This document shows, piece after piece, positions 29,586-39,528 of a stretch of 64,000 bases of DNA (positions are counted from its first letter, which is position 1; each line of letters begins with the position of its first letter). Below the pieces are notes generated by a model. It made no database searches. It saw nothing but the letters and a program-made list of their open reading frames with translations, and was not told the origin of the DNA. Origin of the DNA: an uncultured Brevundimonas sp. (GTDB lineage Bacteria; Pseudomonadota; Alphaproteobacteria; Caulobacterales; Caulobacteraceae); the NCBI RefSeq assembly GCF_947305955.1, contig NZ_CAMZFB010000010.1:2790-66789 (forward strand), written 5' to 3'. The position numbers were made by a program, and so were the translations under genes.

Positions 29586-30242
29586 ATGGACACCCTTGTG
29601 AAACCGCGCCGCCCGCGCACGGAAAAGCCCGCACTGACGATGGATCTGGAGAACCATCTGGCGTCGGTGTGCAAGGGTTTGGTCTGCGGTGTGGACGAGG
29701 CAGGGCGTGGTCCGTGGGCCGGTCCGGTCACGGCGGCGGCCGTCATCCTCAATCCGGACGACATCCCCGAGGGCTTGAACGACTCCAAAGCCCTGACGGA
29801 AAAGCGCCGTGAAGCCCTGATGCCGGTCATCAAGGAAAAGGCTCTGGCCTGGGGCATCGGCCATGCGTCGGTCGAGGAAATCGACGAGCTGAATATTCTG
29901 AAGGCGACCCAGCTGGCCATGCAGCGGGCGGTGGCAGCGATGGCGATCGCGCCTGTGGGCGCACTGATCGACGGGAACTACAAGTTTGATTTGCCGTGCA
30001 AGGTCGATACGGCCGTCGGCGGCGACGGGCTTTCGCTCTCGATCGCTGCGGCGTCCATTCTGGCCAAGACGACCCGCGACCACCTGATGGTCGAACTGGA
30101 CGGCCAGTTTCCCGGTTACGGGCTGGCAAGCCACAAGGGCTATGGTTCGGCCAAACATCGCGAAGCCTTGGCGCGGCTTGGCCCCTGCGACATCCATCGC
30201 AGGTCTTATGCCCCGATCAGGGCCTTGCTCGAAGCGGCTTAA
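29586..30242 (+). CDS. rnhB: Ribonuclease HII
   Basis: Motifs GVDEAGRGPWAGPV, LNDSK, IAAASILAK.RD and HKGYG. Confidence 0.97.
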   Translation: MDTLVKPRRPRTEKPALTMDLENHLASVCKGLVCGVDEAGRGPWAGPVTAAAVILNPDDIPEGLNDSKALTEKRREALMPVIKEKALAWGIGHASVEEIDELNILKATQLAMQRAVAAMAIAPVGALIDGNYKFDLPCKVDTAVGGDGLSLSIAAASILAKTTRDHLMVELDGQFPGYGLASHKGYGSAKHREALARLGPCDIHRRSYAPIRALLEAA

Positions 30243-30562
30243 ATCAGCAGCAGACTGCCTGCGATCAGGCTGAAGGTGCCCACGGCCACTGCGCTTAGAA
30301 GGTAAAGCGCCCGCGTCATATAGGCGTTGTCGTTATCCGGCCTGATCTGCTCCACAACGGCATCTTCGATGTCGTCTTCCGTGCGCAGGAACTCCGGAAA
30401 GGCGTGGAAGGAACGGCGGGTGTAATCAGCGCTACAAATGCGACGCCACTCGGACTCCATCATCCCCGAGCGGCCCAGCCGTTCGGCGATGCGGTACGCT
30501 TCGGTGGCCCGACGGGCTTTCGCCTCGGACACTGAAGGTAATCTTGGAACAGGTACTGACAT
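30239..30562 (-). CDS. Hypothetical protein with a C-terminal membrane anchor
   Basis: 107-aa ATG ORF ending in a hydrophobic stretch. No recognised family. Confidence 0.55.
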   Translation of the reverse strand: MSVPVPRLPSVSEAKARRATEAYRIAERLGRSGMMESEWRRICSADYTRRSFHAFPEFLRTEDDIEDAVVEQIRPDNDNAYMTRALYLLSAVAVGTFSLIAGSLLLI

Positions 30563-30651
30563 GTCAGCATAACGACCATACCCGAACCCTGTTCCAAATG
30601 GTCACGCTAAGCAATTAGTCGATAGTATTACATTGAATTTTGTAAATAGCG

Positions 30652-31686
30652 TCAGAGATCGAATTTCACCGGCTTGGCCGTAGATATGAACAATCTCTCA
30701 ACGTTATTTAAACGCCCCACAGCACCCACCTTCTCGCCCTTGAGATTGTGAATACCGATGCGTGCGCCGACATAACGCGGGCGCGGTATTTCCAATACAG
30801 TAACGTTACCGCGCGACCTCAGCAGATCTTCCATATCTTCCTTGGAAAGATAGCCCTCATCATTGAAGCTGATGACAAGGTTCGGTGCCTTCAGATTGTC
30901 GATGACCGAGCCCAGAGCGGCCTTGATGCGAGGCTTTGAGTTAAAGTCGCTTTTGCGGCTGCGAACATCGATGCGCTTGCGGGCAACGCCATAGGTTTCC
31001 GGCTTGTCCCACAGCACCAGGCTTTCCCAGCAGTGATAGTTGGCCAGATAGGAATGCTGGTTATAGGGCGGGTCCAGATAGACTAGATCGGCCTCGATCT
31101 CGGGCGCGATCTCGATGGCGTCGGCGCGCGTCGCCACACAGGGTCCACCGGGTACCGCAGGCAACAGGTCGGGCAGTCGCAGTTGCAGCGGCTTTAGCGC
31201 GCGCGGGGCCCACTTCTTCATATAGGCCATCTGCAGACCCGCCGTGGAATCCACGCGGTCCGCCGCCTCCATCAGCGAGACAAGGATCACGGCCTTGAGT
31301 TCAGGCTCCAGCCCCATCTGCTCGATGCGCTCGCGCATGGCGTCGATACGCGCGCCATTGTCGGGATGGAAGAAGCGGGCCTCCTCGCAGAAGTTGCGGG
31401 TGAACCAGCCGGGCGCGGGCGCAAGCTGGCCCAGCTCGGCCAGAATGGCCCCGGCCTTCTCGGCCCAGACCTCGCGGTCCGCCTGAACATAGCCGGTGGC
31501 AAGCGTATGGGCATAGGCGTTGTGGTCATTCGACCAGACCTGATAGCCCAGCTTCTTAAGCGAATGCCCGACACGGGCCGAGCCGGAAAACAGGTCACAA
31601 ACCCGACCGCCGTCCGGCAGGATGGTCTGGATCACAGACCCGACCTGCCCAAGCAATGCGCGCTTGGATCCGATGTATTTGATCAT
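30652..31686 (-). CDS. Orphan N6-adenine DNA methyltransferase (D12/FokI-like class)
   Basis: IKYIGSK, SAM-binding DLFSGS preceding catalytic YLDPPY, and ISFNDEG. No adjacent restriction nuclease ORF. Confidence 0.88.
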   Translation of the reverse strand: MIKYIGSKRALLGQVGSVIQTILPDGGRVCDLFSGSARVGHSLKKLGYQVWSNDHNAYAHTLATGYVQADREVWAEKAGAILAELGQLAPAPGWFTRNFCEEARFFHPDNGARIDAMRERIEQMGLEPELKAVILVSLMEAADRVDSTAGLQMAYMKKWAPRALKPLQLRLPDLLPAVPGGPCVATRADAIEIAPEIEADLVYLDPPYNQHSYLANYHCWESLVLWDKPETYGVARKRIDVRSRKSDFNSKPRIKAALGSVIDNLKAPNLVISFNDEGYLSKEDMEDLLRSRGNVTVLEIPRPRYVGARIGIHNLKGEKVGAVGRLNNVERLFISTAKPVKFDL

Positions 31687-31768
31687 GCGCGGCCCCGACT
31701 CATGGGGGCAATCTAGCCTGTCCGCCCCCATGCCGGTCAATTGAGTTTAGTCGCCCCTACCCCGAACC

Positions 31769-33187
31769 TCAGGAAGGTGTGCGGGCAAGCCGCAGCAGGT
31801 TGGCGGCCCCCGGCGCGCCGAAGGGGGTGCCCGCAAGGATCAGGATACGCTGTCCGGGTTCTGCCAGCCTGTAGTGCATGGCGGCCTGAACGGCGTCCTC
31901 GGTCAGGCTTTCCAGAGATTCCGGCTGTCGGCCCAGACGCGGCTCCAGCCCCCAGACCAGTGCCAGACGACGCGCCGTGTTCGGATCGGGGGTCAGGGCC
32001 ATGATGGGTTGCAGCGGGCGCTCGCGGGACATGCGGCGGGCCGTGCCGCCCGTGGTGGTGAACACCACCATACAGGCCGTGGCGGTGGCCTCGGACGCCT
32101 TGCGGGCGGCGGCGACAAGGGCGTCCACGTCCTCGATCTCCATCCCTGCGTGCTCGGCGTCCATCAGGCCCGGCCACAGGGGGTCGCGCTCTACCCGCTC
32201 GGCGATGCGGTTCATGATGCCGACGGCCTCCAGCGGATAGAGGCCCGCCGCCGTCTCTGCCGACAGCATCAGGGCATCGGCCCCTTCATAGACCGCATTG
32301 GCGACATCGGACGCCTCGGCCCGCGTCGGGGCGGGCGCGGTGGTCATACTTTCCAACATCTGGGTGGCGACAATGGCGGGAACGCCGCGTTGGCGAGCGG
32401 CGCGAAGAATGGTCTTTTGCGCGACGGGCACATCCTCGGGATGCATTTCGACGCCCAGATCACCACGCGCCACCATCACCCCGTCACAGTAATCAAGGAT
32501 GGCGTCCAGCGACTGCAGGGCCTGCGGCTTTTCGATCTTGGCCAGACAGGCGGCACGACCGGCCACGATGCGGCGCAGCTCGGCCATGTCCTCGGCCTTT
32601 TGCACGAAGCTGAGGGCCACCCAGTCCACGCCGATCCGCAGGGCGAAATTCAGATCATCGCGATCCTTGGGCGTCAGAGCCGAGACCGGAACGATGGCAT
32701 CGGGAACCGCGACGCCTTTCCTGTTCGACAGGCCCGTTCCGCTTTCGACCTCGACATCGGCCCATTGGTCGGTCGCGGCCAGAACCCGCAGCCGCACCCG
32801 CCCGTCATCGATCAACAGCGCCATCCCTGCACGCAGAGCCTTGAAGATTTCCGGATGGGGCATTTGTACGCGCGTCGCGTCACCGGGCGTCGGGTCCAGA
32901 TCGAACCGCATACGGTGGCCGCGCTCGACGGCGATCGAACCCTCTTCAAACGTGCCGAGCCGCAGCTTGGGCCCCTGCAGGTCCGCCAGCACCCCCAGCG
33001 GGCGCTGTACCGCCATCTCGGCCCCGCGCACCGCTTTCACAGCTGCAGCATGGTCTTCATGGCTGCCGTGGCTGAAGTTCAGGCGGAAGACGTCCACGCC
33101 CGCCTCGGCCAGCGCCCGCACCATGGAGGGCGTGTTACTGGCAGGTCCAAGGGTGGCGACAATGCGGGTGCGACGGGCGCGGTTCAT
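31769..33187 (-). CDS. pyk: Pyruvate kinase
   Basis: Motifs IVATLGPAS, FRLNFSHG, DLQGPKLR, MVARGDLGVE and ATQMLESM. Start placed at 33187, downstream of the upstream gene's terminator. Confidence 0.96.
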   Translation of the reverse strand: MNRARRTRIVATLGPASNTPSMVRALAEAGVDVFRLNFSHGSHEDHAAAVKAVRGAEMAVQRPLGVLADLQGPKLRLGTFEEGSIAVERGHRMRFDLDPTPGDATRVQMPHPEIFKALRAGMALLIDDGRVRLRVLAATDQWADVEVESGTGLSNRKGVAVPDAIVPVSALTPKDRDDLNFALRIGVDWVALSFVQKAEDMAELRRIVAGRAACLAKIEKPQALQSLDAILDYCDGVMVARGDLGVEMHPEDVPVAQKTILRAARQRGVPAIVATQMLESMTTAPAPTRAEASDVANAVYEGADALMLSAETAAGLYPLEAVGIMNRIAERVERDPLWPGLMDAEHAGMEIEDVDALVAAARKASEATATACMVVFTTTGGTARRMSRERPLQPIMALTPDPNTARRLALVWGLEPRLGRQPESLESLTEDAVQAAMHYRLAEPGQRILILAGTPFGAPGAANLLRLARTPS

Positions 33188-33254
33188 AAATGCTGTTTCC
33201 TCATCCGGCCTTGGGGCCATGGCCGATCTGACGCGGCCTTGAACCGTTTGTGCC

Positions 33255-33290
33255 AATGAAAAGCCGGAGACGTAAGACGCCTCCGGCTTC
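33255..33290 (-). terminator. Intrinsic terminator of the alkaline phosphatase gene
   Basis: Minus strand reads AAGCCGGAG-N11-CTCCGGCTT then TTCATT. Confidence 0.7.
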
Positions 33291-33318
33291 AAGAAACACG
33301 AGTTTATGTCGATTTCGC

Positions 33319-34995
33319 TTATTCGACCGGACAGGCCTGCGTCTCGCCGAGGTTCAGGTCGATGCAGCGGCCATCAACCGCCGGTGCCTTGACCTCGATG
33401 ATGTTGGCCAGAGTCGGGGCGATGTCGATGGTGCGGATCGGCATGAAACGCTCCTGACCGGCAGCGCCCGGCGTCCAGAAGATGATCGGCACCTTGCGAT
33501 CATAGTTCCACGGCTGGCCGTGGGCCGACATATTGCCGCCCAGACGACCGCCCGTAGCGACACCCGGCTTCAGCGCCGTCATCAGGTCCGCCGAAACGCC
33601 CGCCACAGCCGACAGACGCATACGCTCGCGCACCGTCAGTTCTTCGGGCTGGATGGTATCCACGATCGGATCCTGCAGCAGCTCGTCACGGAAGACGACC
33701 ATGGCGAAGTCACCCTTGCCGTCCAGCATGGGGACGGCCGCGCGGGCGATCTGGCTGCGCAGCGGCTCCGGCAGGACGCGCTTTTCGGTGTCGACGATGC
33801 GCAGACCCGAGGAGCCGCGTTGCAGCGGATCGAAGTCGAGGTTGAACTGCTGGCGCAGGGCCGCATTGGCCTGATCCACGACTTCAAAGCTGGCGCGGTG
33901 CGCATAGGGGAAACCGCGGGCGTGGGTGCGCTCGATCACGTCGGCACCGCCGTGGTCCGCCGTCAGGGCCAGAACCACACCGCCATCGACCTTGTCCAGC
34001 TCGCTCAGGAAGTCGCCCAGCGCGGCGTCCAGACGCATCAGCTGTTCGCACATTTCCGGACCCTGGGTGCCGTAGGTGTGGCCAATCTTGTCGGTGCCCG
34101 ACAGCGACACGCCCAGCATGTCGACGGCCTCGCCCTGCCCCAGACGCTGGGTTTGCAGCAGATAGGTGGCGGCCTTCAGGGTTTCCTCGTCCAGCGACGG
34201 CGAGCCGGAGAAGCCGGTGTTGCTGGGCGGAACGACAGACTTGAAGGTGCCGTCGACGACTTCAATGTCCTCGGCCAGAGACTGGCAATACGGAATATTG
34301 CCCTTCCAGTTCTGGCCGCGCTCGGCAGCGGGGAAGCGGGTGTTGAAATCCGCCACCGGAGCCAGACGCTCTGCCGCCGTCTCGCCCGGACGCAGATAGG
34401 TGGTCAGGCCGAAACCTTCAGTGAACCAGAAGGCGCGGCCATTGTGGCCAGCCAGGTTCATCGCGCCGCGATCCTTGCCCGAAACGGCATAGACGCGGCT
34501 TTCCGGACGCTGGACCTGCAGCCAGTCACCGAGGGTATCGACCTTCAGCAGCTCGGTGCCGACATTGCCGTTATCGGTGACCTTGCCATGCGCCAGAGTG
34601 TTGACCTCCGAGGCGAGGCAGTAACGGCCCTCGCCCGTCGCGTCATTGACGCTGAAGTTCACGCCGATGCCGGTGTGGGTCGGGTGCATGCCCGTCAGCA
34701 CCGTCGAGTGGCCCGGGCAGGTTTCCGTCACGCCATGGGTCTGGAAGCCGTTGGCGTGGACCAGGCCTTCATCGATCAGGCGCTTGAAGCCGCCGGTGAA
34801 ACGGCTGCGGTACTGGTTGAACAGGTTGGCGCTGAACTGGTCGACCACGACCGTCACCACCAGATGCGGACCGCCATAGGCCTCGGCTTCGCTCTGCGAC
34901 ACAGATGCCGCCGCCGGAGCGGCGCTTGCAACCATAGGGGCCAGCGCCACAGTGGCGGAGAGGGCGGACAGAAGAAGACGTTTAAACAGCATCAC
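33319..34995 (-). CDS. Alkaline phosphatase superfamily protein (PafA/PhoK-like, Thr nucleophile)
   Basis: Signal peptide and motifs VVVDQF, TETCPGHST, SGKDRGA, DKIGHTYG and TADHG. Confidence 0.88.
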   Translation of the reverse strand: MMLFKRLLLSALSATVALAPMVASAAPAAASVSQSEAEAYGGPHLVVTVVVDQFSANLFNQYRSRFTGGFKRLIDEGLVHANGFQTHGVTETCPGHSTVLTGMHPTHTGIGVNFSVNDATGEGRYCLASEVNTLAHGKVTDNGNVGTELLKVDTLGDWLQVQRPESRVYAVSGKDRGAMNLAGHNGRAFWFTEGFGLTTYLRPGETAAERLAPVADFNTRFPAAERGQNWKGNIPYCQSLAEDIEVVDGTFKSVVPPSNTGFSGSPSLDEETLKAATYLLQTQRLGQGEAVDMLGVSLSGTDKIGHTYGTQGPEMCEQLMRLDAALGDFLSELDKVDGGVVLALTADHGGADVIERTHARGFPYAHRASFEVVDQANAALRQQFNLDFDPLQRGSSGLRIVDTEKRVLPEPLRSQIARAAVPMLDGKGDFAMVVFRDELLQDPIVDTIQPEELTVRERMRLSAVAGVSADLMTALKPGVATGGRLGGNMSAHGQPWNYDRKVPIIFWTPGAAGQERFMPIRTIDIAPTLANIIEVKAPAVDGRCIDLNLGETQACPVE

Positions 34996-35127
34996 TCACC
35001 TTGCCGGAGACGGCAAATCCATAGGTGCCAAGGGGCATACCCCCTGGGCGTGAAGGATGCACGACAAAGCGACAGGGCATGCCCCGCGCAAAGCCATTTT
35101 AACCGGGAGTGGTGTCAGGATGCACCA

Positions 35128-35212
35128 TGGTGCGAGCGGCGGGACTCGAACCCGCAAGACCGAAGCCAACAGATTTTAAGTCTGTCGCGTCTACCAATTT
35201 CGCCACGCTCGC
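35128..35212 (-). tRNA. tRNA-Leu (UAA)
   Basis: GCGAGCGTGGCGAAATTGGTAGACGCG-ACAGA-CT-TAA-AA-TCTGT...GGTTCGAGTCCCGCCGCTCGCACCA. Long variable arm and encoded CCA. Confidence 0.97.
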
Positions 35213-35230
35213 AGCCACTGCGCCCGCGAT

Positions 35231-36661
35231 TCACTCTTCGCGGGCAGACTCCGTCTGTGCCTTAGCAATGGCCCGGAAGTCCACATCCGAATCCGCAATT
35301 AGTTTCACCAATGCGGTCCATGCGGCCACATTCTGCGCCATCTGGGCCGGATCGATCTTGTCGAAGGTGTCGTTTGCGGTGTGGTGCAGGGCAAAATAGC
35401 GGGTCGCGTTCTGGGACAGACCGAAGACCGGCACGCCCCCGCGGGCCAGCGGGCCGACATCGGCACCGCCGAACTGTTCCTCGCCACCCGGCTCGATCCC
35501 CAGAGGGGCCAGCACGCGATAGGCGATTTTGGCGAAGTCGCTGTTCAGCGAGCCGACCGGCAGGTCGACCGCATAGACGTTGTCCGCACCTAGATCGCTC
35601 TCGGCGGCGATGATGTGGGTTTCGATGGCATTGCCGATGCCGCGCACATAGGCCCCGCCGCCATTGCCGTGATTGATCGGCTGGTTCACCTCTTCGGAAC
35701 CATACAGGATCACGCGGATGGTGCGGGCCGGACGACCGGCCTCGGCGATCAGCTTGGCTGCGCCGATGGTGATGCCGCCGCCAGCGGCGTCATCGAACGC
35801 GCCCGTGCCCAGATCCCAGCTGTCGAAGTGCGAGCCGAGTACGATGACTTCTTCCGGACGGGTCGCGCCGGTGATGTCGCCGATGATGTTCTGGCTGTGG
35901 GTCTGATAGGTGCGCGCGCTGGAGAAGAGCTTCAGCTTCACCGGCTCGCCAAGGGCCAGCAGGCGGTTCAGCTGATCGGCATCCGGAGCCGCCAGCGAGA
36001 AGCCCGGCAGCGGCACGGCACCGTCGTGATAACCGGTGGTGCCAGTGTGCGGCATGCGGTCATAGTCCGAACCGACCGAGCGGATCACAAAGGCGACGGC
36101 ACCCTTTTCAGCGGCGAATTTCGGCCCTTGGGTGCGCACGCGCGAACGCGGGCCATAGCCTGAACCGCTGCGCTCGGCCTGCATTTGGCCGAAGTCGATG
36201 AAGACGATCTTGCCGCGCACGGTATCGGCGGATGCGGCTTGCAGGGCTTCAAGGCTGTCAAAGAAAACAACCTCCGCCTCGATGCCCTCTGCGGGGGTGG
36301 CGATGGAGTGGCCCAGGGCGGCACCGACCAGCTTTTGAGCGTGGCTGCCGACGATCTCGACGCTTTCCTCGCCGCGTTCCCAGCCCACCAGCGGGAACTC
36401 CTCGATGCGGACATTCTCGAAACCGTTGGCGCGCATCCAGTCGGCGGCCCATGCGGCGGCTTCCTGCTCGGACTTCGAGCCCGCCGGACGGGCACCGAAA
36501 CGCGTCGTCACCTCACGCGTGAAATCCAGTGCGATGGTACTGGTCAGCGCCTTGTCGCGCAGCGCCTCGGCAGCGGCAACAGTAGCCGCATCCTGCGCCA
36601 CGGCAGGAAGCGCGAGGCCCAGTGCAAAAACACCTGCCAGCAGTCCGGATTTCAACGACAT
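35231..36661 (-). CDS. M28-family exported aminopeptidase with PA domain
   Basis: Signal peptide and motifs GSHFDSWDLGTGAFDD, GSEE, AESD and HHTANDTFDKID. Confidence 0.88.
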   Translation of the reverse strand: MSLKSGLLAGVFALGLALPAVAQDAATVAAAEALRDKALTSTIALDFTREVTTRFGARPAGSKSEQEAAAWAADWMRANGFENVRIEEFPLVGWERGEESVEIVGSHAQKLVGAALGHSIATPAEGIEAEVVFFDSLEALQAASADTVRGKIVFIDFGQMQAERSGSGYGPRSRVRTQGPKFAAEKGAVAFVIRSVGSDYDRMPHTGTTGYHDGAVPLPGFSLAAPDADQLNRLLALGEPVKLKLFSSARTYQTHSQNIIGDITGATRPEEVIVLGSHFDSWDLGTGAFDDAAGGGITIGAAKLIAEAGRPARTIRVILYGSEEVNQPINHGNGGGAYVRGIGNAIETHIIAAESDLGADNVYAVDLPVGSLNSDFAKIAYRVLAPLGIEPGGEEQFGGADVGPLARGGVPVFGLSQNATRYFALHHTANDTFDKIDPAQMAQNVAAWTALVKLIADSDVDFRAIAKAQTESAREE

Positions 36662-36746
36662 GGATACCCCCTTCAAATGATACGGGGGCAGGTTAGCGGG
36701 CGCAGGACATGACCGAAAGTCACAAATCCTGCACCCGCCAGCAGAA

Positions 36747-36986
36747 TTACTCGCCCTTGAAGAAGGGTTCGACTTCGCCCTGAAGCTTGATGGTCAGGGC
36801 CTTGCCGCGGCGGTCGACGCGGTTGCCGACGGCCAGGCGGACCCAGCCTTCCGAGACGCAGTATTCTTCGACGTTGGTCTTTTCTTCGCCCTTGAAGCGA
36901 ATGCCGATGCCTTTCATCAGCAGTTCGGCGTTGTGGTACGGGCTGTCAGGGTCAACCGACAGGCGGTCGGGCAGAGCGTCAGACAT
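36747..36986 (-). CDS. DUF3297-like small protein
   Basis: Motif PDRLS...GIRFKG.EKTNVEEYCVSEGWVR. Confidence 0.8.
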   Translation of the reverse strand: MSDALPDRLSVDPDSPYHNAELLMKGIGIRFKGEEKTNVEEYCVSEGWVRLAVGNRVDRRGKALTIKLQGEVEPFFKGE

Positions 36987-37061
36987 GACGGGCATCCTTG
37001 GAAAAATCGATGGCGCTGAATAGCCGCTGTCGCGGCCATTGCCAACCAAGTCGATTTGCGA

Positions 37062-37772
37062 TCAGGCCGCCGGTGCCGTCGGGGCTGCTGCTGCCGGAGC
37101 CGCAGGGGCGACCGGTTCGCCAGCCGCCGCCGAGGCGCGGTCGGCGATCGGCTTGGTCTCGTACTTCTTGGCCATCTTCTCGGTCAGTTCGCGGGCCTGT
37201 GCGGGCGTCATCTGGGCCATGATGGCGGCCAGTGTGCGCGGGCGCATGGCCTGTGCGACCGGAAGGCGGACCTCGTCCTTCAGGGTGGCGAAGACCGCCG
37301 CCGCCTCACGAGGACGCATGGCGGAATAGACGGCGACCAGACGGTCGTTCTCGGCCTTCTCGCGCTCGTCCATCTGGCCCAGCAGGCCGCTGATCTCGCC
37401 CTTGATGTCCTCCAGCGCCTTGAGCTTGGCGTCCAGCTTCTGCTCGGCGGCGACCATCAGCGGCAGGGTCGTCGCAAAGTCGGCATCGCGGGCGTCCAGC
37501 TGTTCGCGGCGCTTGGACAGGGACTGGATGATGCGCAGCTCGGCAGGCGAAATCCCTGCCTGTTGCGCCAGCTGTTCCGGCGTCAGGGCGCAGACGGCGG
37601 GCGGGGCCGCCTTGGTTTCGGTCGCGGCCTTTTCGCCGTCAGCCGCCGCGCCTTCCTGAGCCCAAGCCACTGCGCCCGAGAACAGGTCCGGTGCCACACC
37701 CGCCGCACGCACAGCCACAACGCCACCAATGGCGACGGCGATCAGGGGCAACAGACGGGGCAGCTTGCTCAT
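37062..37772 (-). CDS. MotE-family flagellar protein
   Basis: Coiled coil plus LVAVYSAMRPREAA. Lies at the end of the fliL-fliM unit. Confidence 0.75.
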   Translation of the reverse strand: MSKLPRLLPLIAVAIGGVVAVRAAGVAPDLFSGAVAWAQEGAAADGEKAATETKAAPPAVCALTPEQLAQQAGISPAELRIIQSLSKRREQLDARDADFATTLPLMVAAEQKLDAKLKALEDIKGEISGLLGQMDEREKAENDRLVAVYSAMRPREAAAVFATLKDEVRLPVAQAMRPRTLAAIMAQMTPAQARELTEKMAKKYETKPIADRASAAAGEPVAPAAPAAAAPTAPAA

Positions 37773-37893
37773 CGAAGAACACTCGGGCGGCGGACTTTCG
37801 GATAATCCCTAGCCGACCCGCCAGTCCGGCCAGAGATGCAGATCATTTACGCCAAAGCTTGAAAAGATACAGCACTTGCATCGCCCTAGCCGA

Positions 37894-38469
37894 TCAGGCG
37901 GCGAATAGATCCTCGTCCAGACTACGGCGAGCACGGTTGAGGCTTTGTTGAGCAGCTTGGTTAGCGGCAATGGCTTGCAGCATGCCCGACAGACGGTCCT
38001 GAGCCGGTTTTTGCGGGGCGGGCTTGGGCTCCAGCGGCGGCACGGCGGCGTTGGCCTGTTCGATGCGTTGCATCAGGCTGGCCATGCGACGGGCGCGCTC
38101 GGTCTCGTCGTTGATCAGGGCCATGGTGGACACCAGTTCCAGCGGCTCTTCCTCGGTCGGCTGGGCCAGAGGCTTGGCCGCGACGGGGGTCTGCTTGGCG
38201 GCGCGGGCCATCAGAGTTTCCAGCTCCTGCTTGACCTGTCGGGCCTTGATGATGCGGTCGTGCAGCAGATCGGTTTCCGCCCCCGATGCGCGCAGGGTCG
38301 CCAGCGCCTGCTCGGCACGGCCTGCGGCATTGTTCAGTTCCTTGACCGCACCGGCAAAGGCCAGCTGGCCCTCACGCAGCGCCTTGAGCTTGCGCTCCAG
38401 CTTGATGCCATAGCCGATGGCTGCGACCAGCAGCATCATCAGCAGGGAGTCCAGAATGATCCCCGTCAT
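37894..38469 (-). CDS. Flagellar-cluster hypothetical membrane-anchored protein (DUF6468-like)
   Basis: N-terminal TM and coiled coil. Overlaps the fliM stop. Confidence 0.7.
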   Translation of the reverse strand: MTGIILDSLLMMLLVAAIGYGIKLERKLKALREGQLAFAGAVKELNNAAGRAEQALATLRASGAETDLLHDRIIKARQVKQELETLMARAAKQTPVAAKPLAQPTEEEPLELVSTMALINDETERARRMASLMQRIEQANAAVPPLEPKPAPQKPAQDRLSGMLQAIAANQAAQQSLNRARRSLDEDLFAA

Positions 38470-39524
38470 ATCCCCTGCCTCCCGGCCACGCGCATGGCCG
38501 CCTCTGTTGTAATCGGTGCTTCGACGCGAACGGCCACGTGCTGGCCACGACGCCCCATCTTGCCCACGGTCAGGTTGACCGATCCGGCCTTGACGGTGAC
38601 GTCGCTGTCGGGTGTGGCATTCAGCATCAGGGTATCGCCGACCTTCAGGTCCAGCACCTTGGACAGCGGCATCTGCTGTTCATCCAGAACGCAGCGCACC
38701 TCGGTGTCCGTGGTCCAAAGCTCGGTGGCCAAGTGGCCTTCCCAGATGTTGTCGCGGCCGAACTTCTCGCCCATGAACTGCTGCAGCAGCATTTTGCGGA
38801 TCGGCTCCAGCGTCGAATAGGGCAGCAGCAGCTCGACGCGGCCACCGCGGTCTTCCATGTCGATACGCAGCTTCACCAGAATGGCGGCGTTGGCCGGACG
38901 GGCGATGGCGGCAAAGCGCGGATTGGTTTCCAGACGGTCCAGATTGAAATGCACCGGCGTCAGCGGCTCGAAGGCGGCGCGGGCATCGTTCAGGATCACC
39001 TCGACCATCCGCTGCACAAGGGCGCGTTCGATAGTGGTGTAGGGACGGCCCTCGATCCGCAGGGCCGCCGTGCCGCGACGGCCACCCAGCAGCACGTCCA
39101 CGATCGAATAGATCAGGTTGGAATCGACCGTCAGCAGGCCGTAGTTGTCCAGCTCCTCGGCGCGGAACACCGCCAGAATGGCCGGAAGCGGGATGGAGTT
39201 CAGATAGTCCCCGAAACGGATCGAGGAGATGGTGTCCAGCGACACTTCGACGTTGTCGGAGGTGAAGTTGCGCAGGCTGGTCGTCATCAGACGCACAAGG
39301 CGGTCGAAGACGATTTCGAGCATCGGCAGACGCTCGTACGACACCAGGGCCGAGTTGATGATCGCACGGATGCCGCTGCGGTCCCCGTCGGAACCGTCAT
39401 CCATGTCAAAGCCCAGCAGGCTGTCGATCTCGTCCTGATTGAGGACGCGCTCGGACACACCGCCTTCGCCGTTCGGTGCGCCGAACGGGTTTTGATCATC
39501 CATGCCGCCCAAGGTGTCGGTCAT
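38466..39524 (-). CDS. fliM: Flagellar motor switch protein FliM
   Basis: Motifs VLNQDEIDSLL, ERLPMLEIVFDRL and ETNPRFA. C-terminal SpoA-like domain. Confidence 0.96.
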   Translation of the reverse strand: MTDTLGGMDDQNPFGAPNGEGGVSERVLNQDEIDSLLGFDMDDGSDGDRSGIRAIINSALVSYERLPMLEIVFDRLVRLMTTSLRNFTSDNVEVSLDTISSIRFGDYLNSIPLPAILAVFRAEELDNYGLLTVDSNLIYSIVDVLLGGRRGTAALRIEGRPYTTIERALVQRMVEVILNDARAAFEPLTPVHFNLDRLETNPRFAAIARPANAAILVKLRIDMEDRGGRVELLLPYSTLEPIRKMLLQQFMGEKFGRDNIWEGHLATELWTTDTEVRCVLDEQQMPLSKVLDLKVGDTLMLNATPDSDVTVKAGSVNLTVGKMGRRGQHVAVRVEAPITTEAAMRVAGRQGI

Positions 39525-39528
39525 TGCC

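Noticed and set aside
34996-35127. Pho box upstream of the alkaline phosphatase gene
   Set aside because: GTC-containing half-sites are present but not at the 11-bp spacing required.
35109-35399. ORFs overlapping the tRNAs (35109-35399, 45605-46015, 45684-45947)
   Set aside because: They are translations across tRNA-Leu and tRNA-Ser, not proteins.
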